This document shows positions 13,254 through 26,000 of a stretch of DNA of 64,000 bases, in pieces. Under the pieces are notes generated by a model, which worked only from the letters and a program-made list of their open reading frames with translations, made no database searches and was not told the DNA's origin. The translations under genes were made by a program, and so were the position numbers. Position 1 is the first letter of the stretch, and each line of letters opens with the position of its first letter. This DNA is from Catajapyx aquilonaris (taxonomy: Eukaryota): the NCBI GenBank assembly GCA_000934665.2, contig JYFJ02001015.1:1-64000 (forward strand). Direction: 5' to 3'.

Positions 13254-15630
13254 ATGGCGGCGCCCATGTGTATGAACATGGCGGCCGTAGTTAGATGCAA
13301 ATTTGCTTCTTCCGTGGTTGGATCGGGTTTCACGGGCAGTCTGCTCAACCCTGCGTTGGTCAAGGGCGTCCTTCGCAGGCACGTGGTACCCACACTTCAA
13401 CAACACGTCAAATATCGGTACGTATGCATGCAGGAAGTTGCCAACGAAGCATTATGCATGTTGCATCAGGATGCACGAATATGTATTTCGGAAGATTTTC
13501 CTAGCATATGATAACGAAGTAGTTATGTCATGATGTGTCAGAGAGGGAGTGTACTCAAACTGAAAGAGTTTCGATGAAGTTATCGCCATATTTGCATGGG
13601 AACACACCTAGTTCTTGATAAGGAAATAACCATGACCTTGAATGATTCAGAATTACTAGAGCAATAATGGCACAGCAACCATAGGTTTTGCGCCACAGTT
13701 ATCTTATGAAAATACCTACAGTATTCGAAATGCTGATTAATTAATTGCAATTTTCTCCAGTGTTCAGACAGGCTTGAAACACACCAGAAGATGGCCTGGC
13801 ATGATCCGGCAGAGTATTGCACTCCTCCATACAAGCCGACAGGCCCTGTTTCGGCATGGCCAGAAAAAGGCTTCAAGCTTGGTCCCAGCGGAAGCTGCAG
13901 AGCAGACAGGGGAGGCCATAGGGATGAGGGATCTTCTCAAGCCATTCATTTTCACTGTTACTGTAAGGTTACCTCCTAATGTATGATTTGGTTAGTTGTC
14001 ACTTATAAATTGCTGCTGTTACTTTCAAGATCATTTGTGATGGTAATGTGAAATAACTGGCAAATTATGCCACTTGTAAACAAGTAAATGCTCAGTTCAG
14101 TACAAATATCCATACTTGAGATGTGTTAAGAATTGAAATTGTATTGTAATTGTAGAATTACCAAGATTCAAAGTACTCTAGCCAGAGTTAGAGTTTAAAT
14201 TTTTATTATCTGAGCTACTTGTTTGTGTTGCTCCAGTTATTCTCCAGTCACTGCAGTTCTGAGAGTGCCAAGCACCACCCAATTTGAGTTCTGCTTTCAT
14301 GCTGCGTAACTCTGAAAATGGGTCAGAAAGGTAACCTATTATTTCAGCAAAGTTGCTGCCATAGACTATTTGTAAGGAAACTATTAAGGAGACACATGTC
14401 ATTCCAGTTCAGTGCTGGCAGCTTCGCAGTGGCTGCAATCTGGCAGTATGAGAACATCAGGGAAGGAGCCTTTCAAGCATTTCATAAGCCACAGCAGTGG
14501 CTTCAGAACCGATTTCAACAGCATCAAAAGCAAGTGAGTGCACTACCCAGAGCCTTTGGAGGCAAGAGGAGTAAATTCCACATTACCACATACACTGCAG
14601 CATACCACTATAAAAATAAGAGTACACTGGGTAATGCTGAATAGTAATGATTGACTCTGCTTTTAGGGAGAATGGAGAGACTTTCTCAACAACTGGTGGA
14701 ACAACTTACCAGATGGGCAGCGAGTTTTCATTCCCATTTGTCTCCTCAATGTCCTGGTCTACATTGGGTGGCGCTTCCCTCGATTCCACCCTTTCATGAT
14801 TCGATACTTTACCTCTTGTCCTACTTCAAGTGAGTCAATTTGTGGAAAACTCATTAAGGCTTAGTAATGAATCATTGAATGCATATATTTCATTTAGAAT
14901 CCAAATGCCTGCCAATGGTATTGTCCACATTCAGTCATTACTCCGCTCTTCACCTGATGGCTAACATGTACGTCCTTCAGAGTTTCTCAACTGGAGTTGT
15001 CTACATTCTTGGAACTGAGCAGTTTGTTGGAATGTACCTCAGTGCTGGGGTCATCTCATCATTCACGAGCTATCTGCACAAAGTCAGCACAGCTCGATAT
15101 GGAATGTCACTAGGAGCAGTGAGTCTTTTAATTGAGTTAGGGGACTGTTATTGGTGGTTTCTAATTATCATGCCCAATTTCAGTCTGGCGCCATAATGGC
15201 CGTGGTGGCAATGGTTTGCACACAGTTTCCTGATGCAAAGCTAGCAATCATATTCCTGCCTATGTTGACTTTCAGTGCTGGTATGGTAAGTTACTATCAC
15301 ATTGCTTTCAAGGCAAGGAAGAAATGTCATCCATAACGACAAGAAATTGAAAATTTTCACTGACTTCATGTGATTGCAGGCAATTAAGGGATTGATTGCA
15401 ATGGATACTGCAGGAGTGGTAATGGGTTGGAGATTCTTTGATCATGCAGCCCATCTTGGAGGAGCTCTCTTTGGAATGTAAGTAAAATCATTTTAAAATC
15501 ATAGTCATGGCCATCTGTTTCATTGCATATTTCCAGGATGTGGTGTTATTGGGGAAGCAGATACTTATGGCAAGAGCGGGAACCTCTTCTGCGTTGGTGG
15601 CACAACTTGAGGGGGTCCAAGGAAAATTAA
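13254..15630 (+). CDS. PARL: Mitochondrial rhomboid protease PARL / rhomboid-7, 8 exons
   Basis: Exons 13254-13417, 13761-13962, 14408-14533, 14667-14829, 14898-15118, 15184-15285, 15380-15477, 15537-15630, all GT-AG and phase-consistent; motifs [23 protein letters not shown], catalytic GASG and DHAAHLGG. Confidence 0.95.
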
Positions 15631-16082
15631 TTTGTAAAGCATTATTTTCTGTAAGTTTATTACTCGTACAATTCAAGAGTAAAAGAAAGTTTAGCCAACC
15701 CTTCTCCTTTTTATATGTATTATTTGTGTGTTACCAACCCAGTGAAAAATATAACCTCGAACGAAATCATATGTACATCACTCATTCCCAAGGATCCATA
15801 ATCATGTGTGTATATATACATCATTATACACTCAACATCAAAGAAATTGGATGTGAGTTTGATAATACTCTTACATGATAGTGTCAATAACTTAGCCTAT
15901 TAAAAGCACATCTATTCAGTCCTTGCCCAGAAATGAAATGCAGCTATCCTCACTAGACCCAAATGAACATAAAAGCAGTTACATGGATTATTGGAGGAAA
16001 GAATACCATAATATCTTGAGTCAGTCACGTGGAAAGCTAACTTCGGGGAAAGTTATGGTTTTAGCTTCATGACTCTTGGCAG

Positions 16083-17305
16083 CTATAACAGTGACTGTTC
16101 TATCATGATTTTGTCATAACCTTGTGGTGGTGGGTGGCAGAATCGATCAAAAATGATGTCCAAAATGGCCCCATCATCCACTGCACAAAAAAATGAGAAG
16201 TTATGTGTAATGCTATTCCTGCCATTTCCCTTAGACATGCCTGTGCTTGATAAGGATGAGATTAGGCAGCAGGCACTACCCAGAGAGGCTGCACACAAGG
16301 AATCACCATTCTCAGAATTCCAGGAATTACATTCCAGTCCAATATTTCTGCATATCTCTTTTCCCTCGCAAACACAGCCATGTCTCTGTAAGGCTTCTGA
16401 AATTCATATCATTTACTTACCATAGAGCGCTGGATAAATAGTTCCTTTTACTCCCATTAACGGGCAGTTAAGTGCCTTTCCGTTGATATAAAAGTTGAGC
16501 TCCACATGATCATATGAAATTCCCTACGGAATATTTTAATAGTGTCAAATTGCGATGTACAAATATAAATTTATTCTCACCAGAATATCTCCTTCTTGTG
16601 GCAACTCGCTGACTTTGCACTTCTCTTCGCCATTATGTCTTATAATCCCATCAGAACAGAGAGCCCAAGACTCTGGGTCCTGACCCATCGGGACACGGTT
16701 TACATTGGCATTGTGTGTTGCAAGCCCAACACCCCATATTCCTGGAAAATAATTGCAACTCATTATCCACATTATGGCAACTTCTCCATTTTCATTGGAC
16801 ATTTTGTCCTGACTTTTAAGTGGTTTGATTCCTAATTGATAGTATTCACAGGTTAAGCAACAGGAAAAGTAGCTGGCCTTTTATTACCATGCCAGCAATA
16901 GTAAAAATTAATAAAGTTTATGCGAGCAGTTGTACCAGATTGTTGCAGCTTCACTTCAAAATACGCCTTGTTCTGCACGATGGGTGCACTTCCAAGTGCT
17001 CCTCCAGTCCCACAGATCCTCAGTCCATTCTTGACAATGACCACTTCGTACCCTGTACGTAAATAAAAGGGGGTCACGGTGTCAGAACAATCTGGGTTCA
17101 TGACCTTACACATGACAGACTGGATTCAACAGGTCAACCCTTCAAAGTGAACATGCCGTCTTTAAAAGCAAGAACGTGGCAAGGTGGACCAACCCATGTA
17201 CGACGTATCCAGTACGATGGAGGGCACTTCCCTCATCGGGACGTGACCTTCCGCCAGACGCAAGTTGTCCAGGCAGTTGCGGAAACAGCAGAAAACCACC
17301 GCCAT
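16083..17305 (-). CDS. SPRYD7: SPRY domain-containing protein 7, 5 exons
   Basis: Exons 17305-17194, 17052-16936, 16741-16581, 16523-16421, 16180-16083; motifs VFCCFRNC, RICGTGGALGSAPIVQNKAYFEVKLQQSG, VDDGAILD, C-terminal EQSLL. Confidence 0.92.
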
Positions 17306-17475
17306 CTTGGAAGATATGTGATTCACTCTGACGTCACCAGCTATGTACATTCGGACGTGGGCTGAATTCGGATGCGGTTCTCGTGACGTCAGAGAAGCCG
17401 CGTCCGAAACAGCTGGTGGTGACGTAACGTGATATCCGGACGCAACCTTGGACCGGGGAAAGAAAATATTGAGAA
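17306..17475. promoter_or_regulatory. Bidirectional promoter SPRYD7/PIN4 with CRE sites
   Basis: 170 bp between divergent ATGs; TGACGTCA at 17329 and 17384, TGACGTAA at 17420; CpG-rich. Confidence 0.7.
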
Positions 17476-18745
17476 ATGGCTCCGAAGAGAGGTGGAAAAT
17501 CGGCCAAAGGAGAGTCCAAGGGTGAGTCCGAGGGCGCGGGGCCGGCCACGGGCAAGGAGAAGAAGGGCGGGACTTCGGTCAAGATCAGGCACATCCTGTG
17601 CGAGAAGCAGTCCAAGGTGCTGGAGGCCATGGAGAAGCTCAAGTCCGGACAGAAGTTCCCTGAGGTTGCAGCCCAGTACAGTGAAGACAAGGCCAGGCAA
17701 GGGGTGAGGACACTGGCTTGCTCCATCCTTCATGCATGTACTACTGGTGATAAGATAGGGCACAGTCGGTTATGCAAGGGAAATATATAGGCTACACACA
17801 CGCTGTTCAAACTAGAAGTTGCAAATGGAGTTGTTACGCACTCCATCAACCAGCTAGGCTTCTGAGGGGTTCGTCACTCAATTCTAACGGACTTTGACTG
17901 GACTTCAAGGACATCACAAACTTTGTCCAGACCTGGACTTCATAATTAACTAACCACTAACCTCTCAGGAGCAGCTTGTTGGAAGCAACTAATGGCCTAA
18001 AAAGCTTGTCAGGTTTATTAACCCTTAACTACGTAGGTGGAGCCTGAGAGGCTCCAAGCACTATTTAAACGCATGTAACTTTTTCATTGAATTTTATTTC
18101 CCCCTGTCCTTCCGTGACTTTGTCAGAAAAACCTTCCTAAGCATGAAAACGAAAGAAAATTGATTTTAGTCCCTATTCTTTGGTTTAAAAAAATTCGTAA
18201 CGAGGAACAGGTCCCTCCTGGAACCGCTCTGGCTCTATATCTCAGGTGAAGCCTGAGCGGCTCAAACAAGTGATGTAACCTTTTAATTAAAATTTTGTCC
18301 CCGTCGGAATATGCTGACTCAGCGTGTGATTTTTACGTTTTCGGAAGCCTAATGATCTGAACTGCACTTACTGTATGTGAAAAGTCCATTGTCCAATATA
18401 ACAATTTAGTTGATAAGCAGAGATTGAAATATACCGTTGTAGCCTCTCAGGCTCCACCTACGTAGTTAAAGGTGTTTCACCCACCTACGTAGTTAAGGGT
18501 TAACTGGTTTGCAGGGGAAAATGTGGGATTAATGTTGAAAATGTGTATGGTAAACTCATACTTTGTGTGTGGTCTTGGTCTTGCAGGGTGATTTGGGCTG
18601 GATGACTCGCGGATCTATGGTTGGACCCTTTCAAGATGCTGCTTTTGCATTGCCTGTATCTACCATTGCTAGCCCTGTCTACACAGATCCCCCTGTCAAG
18701 ACGCACTTTGGCTACCACATTATTATGATTGAGGGGAAGAAGTAA
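17476..18745 (+). CDS. PIN4: Parvulin-type peptidyl-prolyl isomerase PIN4 (Par14), 2 exons
   Basis: Exons 17476-17703 and 18587-18745; [51 protein letters not shown]. Confidence 0.97.
18022..18499. mobile_element. piggyBac-like MITE in the PIN4 intron
   Basis: TTAA on both sides; TIR CCCTTAACTACGTAGGTGG / CCACCTACGTAGTTAAGGG. Confidence 0.85.
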
Positions 18746-19312
18746 TTGATATGCTGCACCTTTTGTTCAATTAAATTTGTGTATAAAGCTGCAACCAATT
18801 GAGTTATAATTACCTCTTAGTCCAGTGCTTCCCAAACCGTGGGTCACAAACATAACATTTGGGGTTGCGAGGGAGGGTAACAAATGATTTTTACGAAATT
18901 ATTATCTCTGATAAAACATTCCCATAAATGAGATGTCCTGATTAATTGATGATTGTCATTGAACCAATAATATGGTATCACCTTTCTTTAAGGAGCTTGT
19001 GGAATATATTGATTTCATTACATACAGAATAATTTTATACCAGGCAGATTCAGAAGGGGAGTGATGGGAGGTGATGATCAGAGCAACACAGTTTCAATGA
19101 GAGAAAAATTCATTTCTCCTCTTTGAAGAGCATACACAAGAATCCTCCATGGTGCCATCTGAGCAAGAAAGAGTGAGGCTCCTTGCACATGTCCATTTGT
19201 GTAACATGCTATGGTTCACTATAGCCTACTTTCATTTGACTTAAGTCACTGATTGGCTGCCCACATTCAGTTACAATACCTGGATCATATCAACTCAGAT
19301 TTGACCACAATA

Positions 19313-19600
19313 CAGGGTGTCCACAATGAACCTCCCTAGTTTTAACTTGTCACTATTACACAAGTTATTGGGCCATGGCATGGCAATTGTACAAATGAGA
19401 AGGGAGACTCGTCAAGTTTATGTAAAAAAATCCGTATCCTTCCACGTGTGCTCCTTTAGTAGCAAGCACAATTTTAAGCTGATAATCTCCCTCCACCAAG
19501 GTTCTCTCCAGCATCTCGGGGGTGATGGAGGACATGTCATTATTTGGGCAGCCCACTTTAGTTGCATAGATTCTGTCTTGGAGTTGTGGAAAGATGAAAT
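19313..19600 (-). mobile_element. Tc1/mariner-superfamily transposon 3' remnant
   Basis: TA+CAGGGTGTCC end; minus-strand peptide SITPEMLERTLVEGDYQLKIVLATKGAHVE resembles transposase C-termini; inner boundary approximate. Confidence 0.6.
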
Positions 19601-20081
19601 GTCCAGAACTTCTGTGATTGACTTCAGCTAGGCTAACCACCACAACTTGCGTGTAGATTCTCTGTAGATCCATGGGATGCTCTGTAGATTCTATGTTTAC
19701 ATCTTCTGACAGCATCCCCCACAGGAGTGCCACCGCATCACATAGGCCGTTCCAAAAATTCATGATGAAGCTTGTGGAGTCTCCAGACCATTCAAACCAC
19801 CAAAACATTATACCGTCGAACCCCAATTATCCATCACCAACAGGACTGGGGCATTGTCAGATGACCGAAAAGGTCGGATAATCAAATCAGGTCAGTGAGA
19901 GGAAACGAACACAATGAACAAAGAAAAGACATGCTCTTCACTACTAAAAGTTTCAAGTATAAGTATTTATTGTCAGTTACATTACAACCACCTGCAAAAT
20001 CAGATTTATTCACACACCACTAGTTTTAAAACCCCCACATTCCCCCTTATATGGTAGTAGTCCTCAATTGGTTACCTTTAT

Positions 20082-23000
20082 TTATGACTCTGGCTGCTCA
20101 TATTTGCACATGACTGCAAACATGGGTCCACCAAGTCTCTCTGCCAGCCACCGGTTCTTGATCACTGCCACCTTGAGGCACTCGCACCTAAACCGTGCAT
20201 GCAGATTGGTGTGGACAGCCCTGCCCATGCCTTCCAGTACTACCAGGTCCACCTCCTTTTCCACCATTGCAGACACTAAATCGGCACTGAGGCGACTACA
20301 TGGAAAAATACAATGTAGTTTTGGTGTGCGTTGTTTCGATAAAACGGTTAATATGTTGAGTTGGCCAATATTCAAAAGAAACAATTGTTTCACATAATTG
20401 CACATTACAACCCATTACTATGATAAAAGGTCACCTGTAAAGCATTAAACTGCATTAACATGTGAGCGATTTGATCAGCGATGACATCGCTAATCAAATC
20501 GCTCATATGTAAAGGCAGCTTTATCCTGAAGAAAGAAAATACAATACAGTCAGGGTAATAATTTGGCAGTTATAGGTTGCCATTCAATTAATATTGGCCA
20601 CCTCAAGTTAGGCACTGCCACTCACCATAGGTCCAAGCAAGGACTGGCCTGTCCAGATTCAAATGCCATCAATCTCCCTTTGTCCAGTGCTTCCCGAATC
20701 ACCTGGGATACCTCTGCCACTTGCTTCAATATGACCAGGAGCTCCGAGTATGTGACATCGTTGAGGGCAGGCTTCGAGTTTGCACAGAGTATCACCTGCC
20801 CATTCAATGTCACAAAAGCAACTGGTTAAATAGTACAGAATTAGGTTGATATGGCCTAGCAAGCATCAATTTAGCCAGTGCAAGTAATTATACTGCTCCT
20901 CATAGTAGCCTATGTAATCCTAGAAACATGGTCTGTCATGTCCCATACTGCACACATTCACAAAAACAACAGCAGGAGTTTGTCTTTATATCTGTAAATC
21001 AATCACACCTGAGTTCCACGTCGCAGAAGTTCTCTTGCAAATGGAATTACACCCAGGATAATATCAACGCCACTGTTGTCCAAAAAGATGGCTGCACATT
21101 TATGTTCTGGTCCCTTCTCCAGGCGAGCAACCCAATCATCCAGGGAGTCCACCAACCATGGGCGAGCTGAAAAAGTTCTGGACATTCGCAAACACTTGGT
21201 TACATTTGGATGCATTACAACATACGCTGCAGCTTGTCTTTTGCCTCCTTAAAGCCAAAGTCGGGGTTCTCCATGAGGGCAGCCACTTCTTTGGCCCCCC
21301 AGTCAAACACATTCCCTGCTAGCATGGAGGTGACAAGCTCCTCTTGACGACTTGACCATTCCATGGCGTCCAGCAGTTTCAGGCTTTCTCCCAGGAGCAT
21401 CAGTGCCTGCTCATTCTCATGCTGCTTTTGCTAAAGAGGGTGGCTCTCAAAAGGTATACTTGGCGCGATGTAACCTGACACGTGGGATGCAATACTTATT
21501 GCTTGATATTATGAAAATGGATTAGTCATTGCATTTTCATTTATGTCAATCTATGCAGAAAGAAGAGATATGTTGCTTGGTGTCAGCAGGTTGTTAGCAT
21601 CTAATCCCATTCCACAAATATCAAGCAGAGTCATGCATCCCTTGTCACAGGTTATGCAGAGTGAACAATATGTCAGGCAGGAGATTGAAAATTTCAACTA
21701 ACCATAAAGTACGGGTCAGGGAAGTCGAACTCCTTCAGGCAGTGCTCAATCGTATCCAGTAGGCTCCGAACTGATAGGTTTCCATATGCGCTTGAGGGAG
21801 GCATGTAATTGTTTATTTGCACTACAGCCCTTGCATTGTGCTGTGAACATGCCCTGTGAAACTTGGTGCAAATGAAACTAAAGGGGCACTAAAATATCCA
21901 ATTTAAACAATGCAGTTGAATTTTTTAAATTTTAACCTGTCAATAAATTACATTAGATCCCGTTTTAAACATTTTAACTGCTCCCTAGTCAACACCATAA
22001 CTACATTTGTTCTACATTGTACAAGAACAGAACAATCAGAAGAAATAATACATGACTTACAAGGGATGTTCTCGAAGGAGCCTGAGCCTGGTAACACACT
22101 TTTCTTTAAACCGCTGCGCCCTGATAGGTGCATCAGGACAGCTGGGTTGGCTCCGGACAGCACGCTTGACAATCTTGTCCACCCACCCTTCAAAGCACTC
22201 AAGCCAGTAGCACCGAGCCTCTGTATCCTGGCTGAGGTCCACAGTGTCGGCTGCATAGTTGGATGGGTCCATCAGTAGGGGACAACATGCCACTGGCTGG
22301 TCACTTCGATCCATCTCCAGCTGATCAATGGCCACTATCTGTGGGGAGGATAGGACGTGGGCAGGGATTGGGGATGCTAGCCCAGAGCTACCTGCATAAT
22401 TTTCTTGCCATGAATATTTCTCTGGGTCTGACATGAGGGATAAAAACAAAATGAGTTGTAAGATTTCCAAAATTTATCACATCTCAACATTTGCATAATT
22501 CCATGCATCAAGTGCTTTCTCCAACAAATCAGCAGCACCAAAGTTGTCTAATATGAGCTACAAATATGACATTAATTTCTTTTATACTCACCACACTCTT
22601 CAGCTCCCTTGAGAAAAGCTCCAATGGCCCCCAGATAACCTTCATGCCTCAGAAACATGGCCTGCACCTGCCCTTTGCTCCAGTAGTTGATGGCAAAGCT
22701 CACTGTATGCATGCTGAGGGGATGATTGCGAAGAAAATACCCACCGAAGTACACTTTCTTCAAACCATGCATCATGGCATAGAGGCATGCAATCTGACCA
22801 ATATCATTGCTTATGGTGAACAGAAGGCTCCGGGCGATGTCTGCCTCACAAAATTGTGTCACTGCAAGATCCGAACCTGATGAGAGACTTAGGTGGGTTA
22901 AGATCAGAACACAGAGAAGGTAGTCATACTATTGCTGTTGCGGTCCTTGCGCACATTCATGGCCTTCCCAAAACTGGAAGCTATCAGGTCTCCAGGCAAT

Positions 23001-26000
23001 CCCAGCGAAGCATAGTCCCCTCCATAGATGTCTTTGACCAGCATGTCAATCTTGCGATGGTCACCCTTCTCTGCTAGCTGTAGTAGTTCATCAAACCCAC
23101 AAGCTGAGGTCAGGAGGGAACCCAGGCCCCAGAAGGTGCCACCACCTGTTGCTGTACCTCCAATGCGTTCATATTTCTCCTCAGACTCCACCTGGTGAAA
23201 AGTGGAGAAAATAGCCTGTCATCTCCTACTATACGTCATTTTGAGTAGCGCTCTATGAGTAATCTAATGCAATATGAAGAAATGGTCACACAATATTATA
23301 AAAGCTATTGTTTCTTGAACATGACAGAAGGAGCTTTTATTCCAGAGGGGTATACGCATTGGAATGACATGTAGAGTGCTGGAAAAAGTGTCTTGTACCC
23401 CTGCTTGCACCACACGCAGCCAGGTAAGCTTGGATGAAGCAAGTCATACTTGCAGGTGCTTCCACCCATGCCTGCATGCGCTACTTGCCAGGATACACAC
23501 CATTTTACCCCAGTAGTGTACATTCCACTTAGCATTTGTGGGAAGTAAGCTATGTGTCTATGTCATCATGATTGCTTCTCAAGTGCTGCATCTGCCCTTC
23601 CAGTGTAACTTCACCTCATGATTCTGCAATGGGGAACTAGCCTTCATTTTGGAAACTACATAATAAATTCGCCCATATTTTTTGGATTTTTTTGGCATAT
23701 TCCGTTTTAAGATATCAGTTCCCGTTCCGGAGTAATTGGGGTTTTTATGTAGGGAAATGGTGACGTCACTGTTTCCCTAGAAAATGTTGACGTCACGCGA
23801 AGTGAAATGAACTCAAAAAGGGTGTTATAGAACGCGCCCCGTCATTGTTGTAAAACGCTTCGCTCGTGTTAGCAACCGTCCCATTCCGTGAGGAAGATAG
23901 TGGCCGGGGCGCGTATTTATTCCAGGCCGCTTCAGTCGCTTCTGTGCTGACAGTGGTGCCAACTGGTAGGAATTATCTGTCACCCGAATTCGGCACATNT
24001 AGCCTGTCATCTCCTACTATACGTCATTTTGAGTAGCGCTCTATGAGTAATCTAATGCAATATGAAGAAATGGTCACACAATATTATAAAAGCTATTGTT
24101 TCTTGAACATGACAGAAGGAGCTTTTATTCCAGAGGGGTATACGCATTGGAATGACATGTAGAGTGCTGGAAAAAGTGTCTTGTACCCCTGCTTGCACCA
24201 CAAGCAGCCAGGTAAGCTTGGATGAAGCAAGTCATACTTGCAGGTGCTTCCACCCATGCCTGCATGCGCTACTTGCCAGGATACACACCATTTTACCCCA
24301 GTAGTGTACATTCCACTTAGCATTTGTGGGAAGTACGCTATGTGTCTATGTCATCATGATTGCTTCTCAAGTGCTGCATCTGCCCTTCCAGTGTAACTTC
24401 ACCTCATGATTCTGCANTTATTTAGCAACGAAGCAATCCCAGCTACCCTGGCAAAATCCTGACACATCTACAACCAAATGATTTATTATTTATTTATTAT
24501 TTACCCCATTAGAGGGAGCTGAGCCCTTTTAGGGGGGGTGGATTACCACCATCATCTACTCCCACATCATCTTGGATTTCCGTCACTGGTCACTTACAAA
24601 GCTGTGTCCACCTGGACTTCTATTCACAGCACAAGACAAATAAAATTGCAGGGCCCCCAGATCCAGACTGTACCCTCTGACAAAAGCCTAACTCCAATGT
24701 GCAATAAGGTTGAGAACACAGTAATTCACGCTGGATGCACATGGACAGTGTTTCTTTTCCTTTGGGTTATTGTGATTAGGGCCTAGCTATCAAATTGCCT
24801 ATGCCCATCTTTTGGCTTGGCCTGGCCCATGCTGATTACTGGAGCCCAACCAAATTGACTCAAAACACTCAATATGTGATAACATCTTGTGAACCCTGCT
24901 TAATGATTCTCAGTATCCTCACTGATTACAGTTAGATTCTCCTGACATCTTCTGAGAAATTTGATAACAAAAGAAGGCACGAGCCATTTTCACTGACAGC
25001 TTGGTAAAACATGCTCTCCAATTCCTAATTCTCTCATCCAATTAGTTCCTTGCCATTGCTTCTACCAGGAATTGCCAAATGCAGTTGACAAAAATTTAAC
25101 TGCCCTATTATCATTCCTTCCCACATACATAATATGAGTAATTACTTGTAATACTAGCCTTCATTATGCTAACTCCGGACCCAATGTTGACAAGTAAGTA
25201 TGGAAAAACATGAGGCTCAACATTCTGAAACTTGTACTCAGGGTTCCCATGCCTCTGGAACCCAAAGACTTCGTCAGCCATATTCTTAAGCAGGAAGTTG
25301 CAACCTTTGATCAAGCATTCCATCTCATCTTCTTTGTCAACCCTGGAGGAGAAAAAAAGTGTAATGCATGACAGTGCAAAAATCTAACTCCAACAAAATA
25401 GCGAACAATACTTTACATGAGACCCAGTTTATTTTGAATGAGGTCAGTGTACTTGTAAGCACCACCTCCTGTTGCTTTAATGCTCTTCCCTAGCATCTGA
25501 TCTCGGCTGTTGACCAAATTCTTCTGAATAAAATCTAGGCATGATTCAATGTATTTTGTCTCAAATTTTATAAAATGCAGACGTGCTGTTTCAGACATCT
25601 CGTAGGTGAAGTTCTCTCCTGTTGCCTGTGAACAGTGATTGAGGTCAGGAAATTTGATAAATAGTACAGGTGAAAGAGTTCAATAAATGAAATTCTTACA
25701 ATCCCTGGAGATGATGCAGAGCCATCATCTTTTGGGTACAAAACTCTTCTGTGACTCAGTGTGGTGTAGTAGGCAATTTTTGTGAGTGATCCACCTGTTA
25801 AATAAAATGATTATCTTATTGTAGCATATTCATATTTTACACTTACAGCTGCTAACAAGACTTTCTTTTTGTAAGAGGTAACGTAAAAAAAAAAAAATCA
25901 GCAGCAATACTCATACGACGAAACCTAACTTTTTCTATACAGACTCTATTCCTCAATTTGCAACATTTTAAGCACTGTCCCCTTCAAAGTAGTTCCCGCT

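Noticed and set aside
23305..24323. Two near-identical 76-aa ORFs suggesting a duplicated small gene
   Set aside because: Both lie in the 417-bp intronic duplicate bounded by Ns; likely haplotype artefact; no recognisable motif
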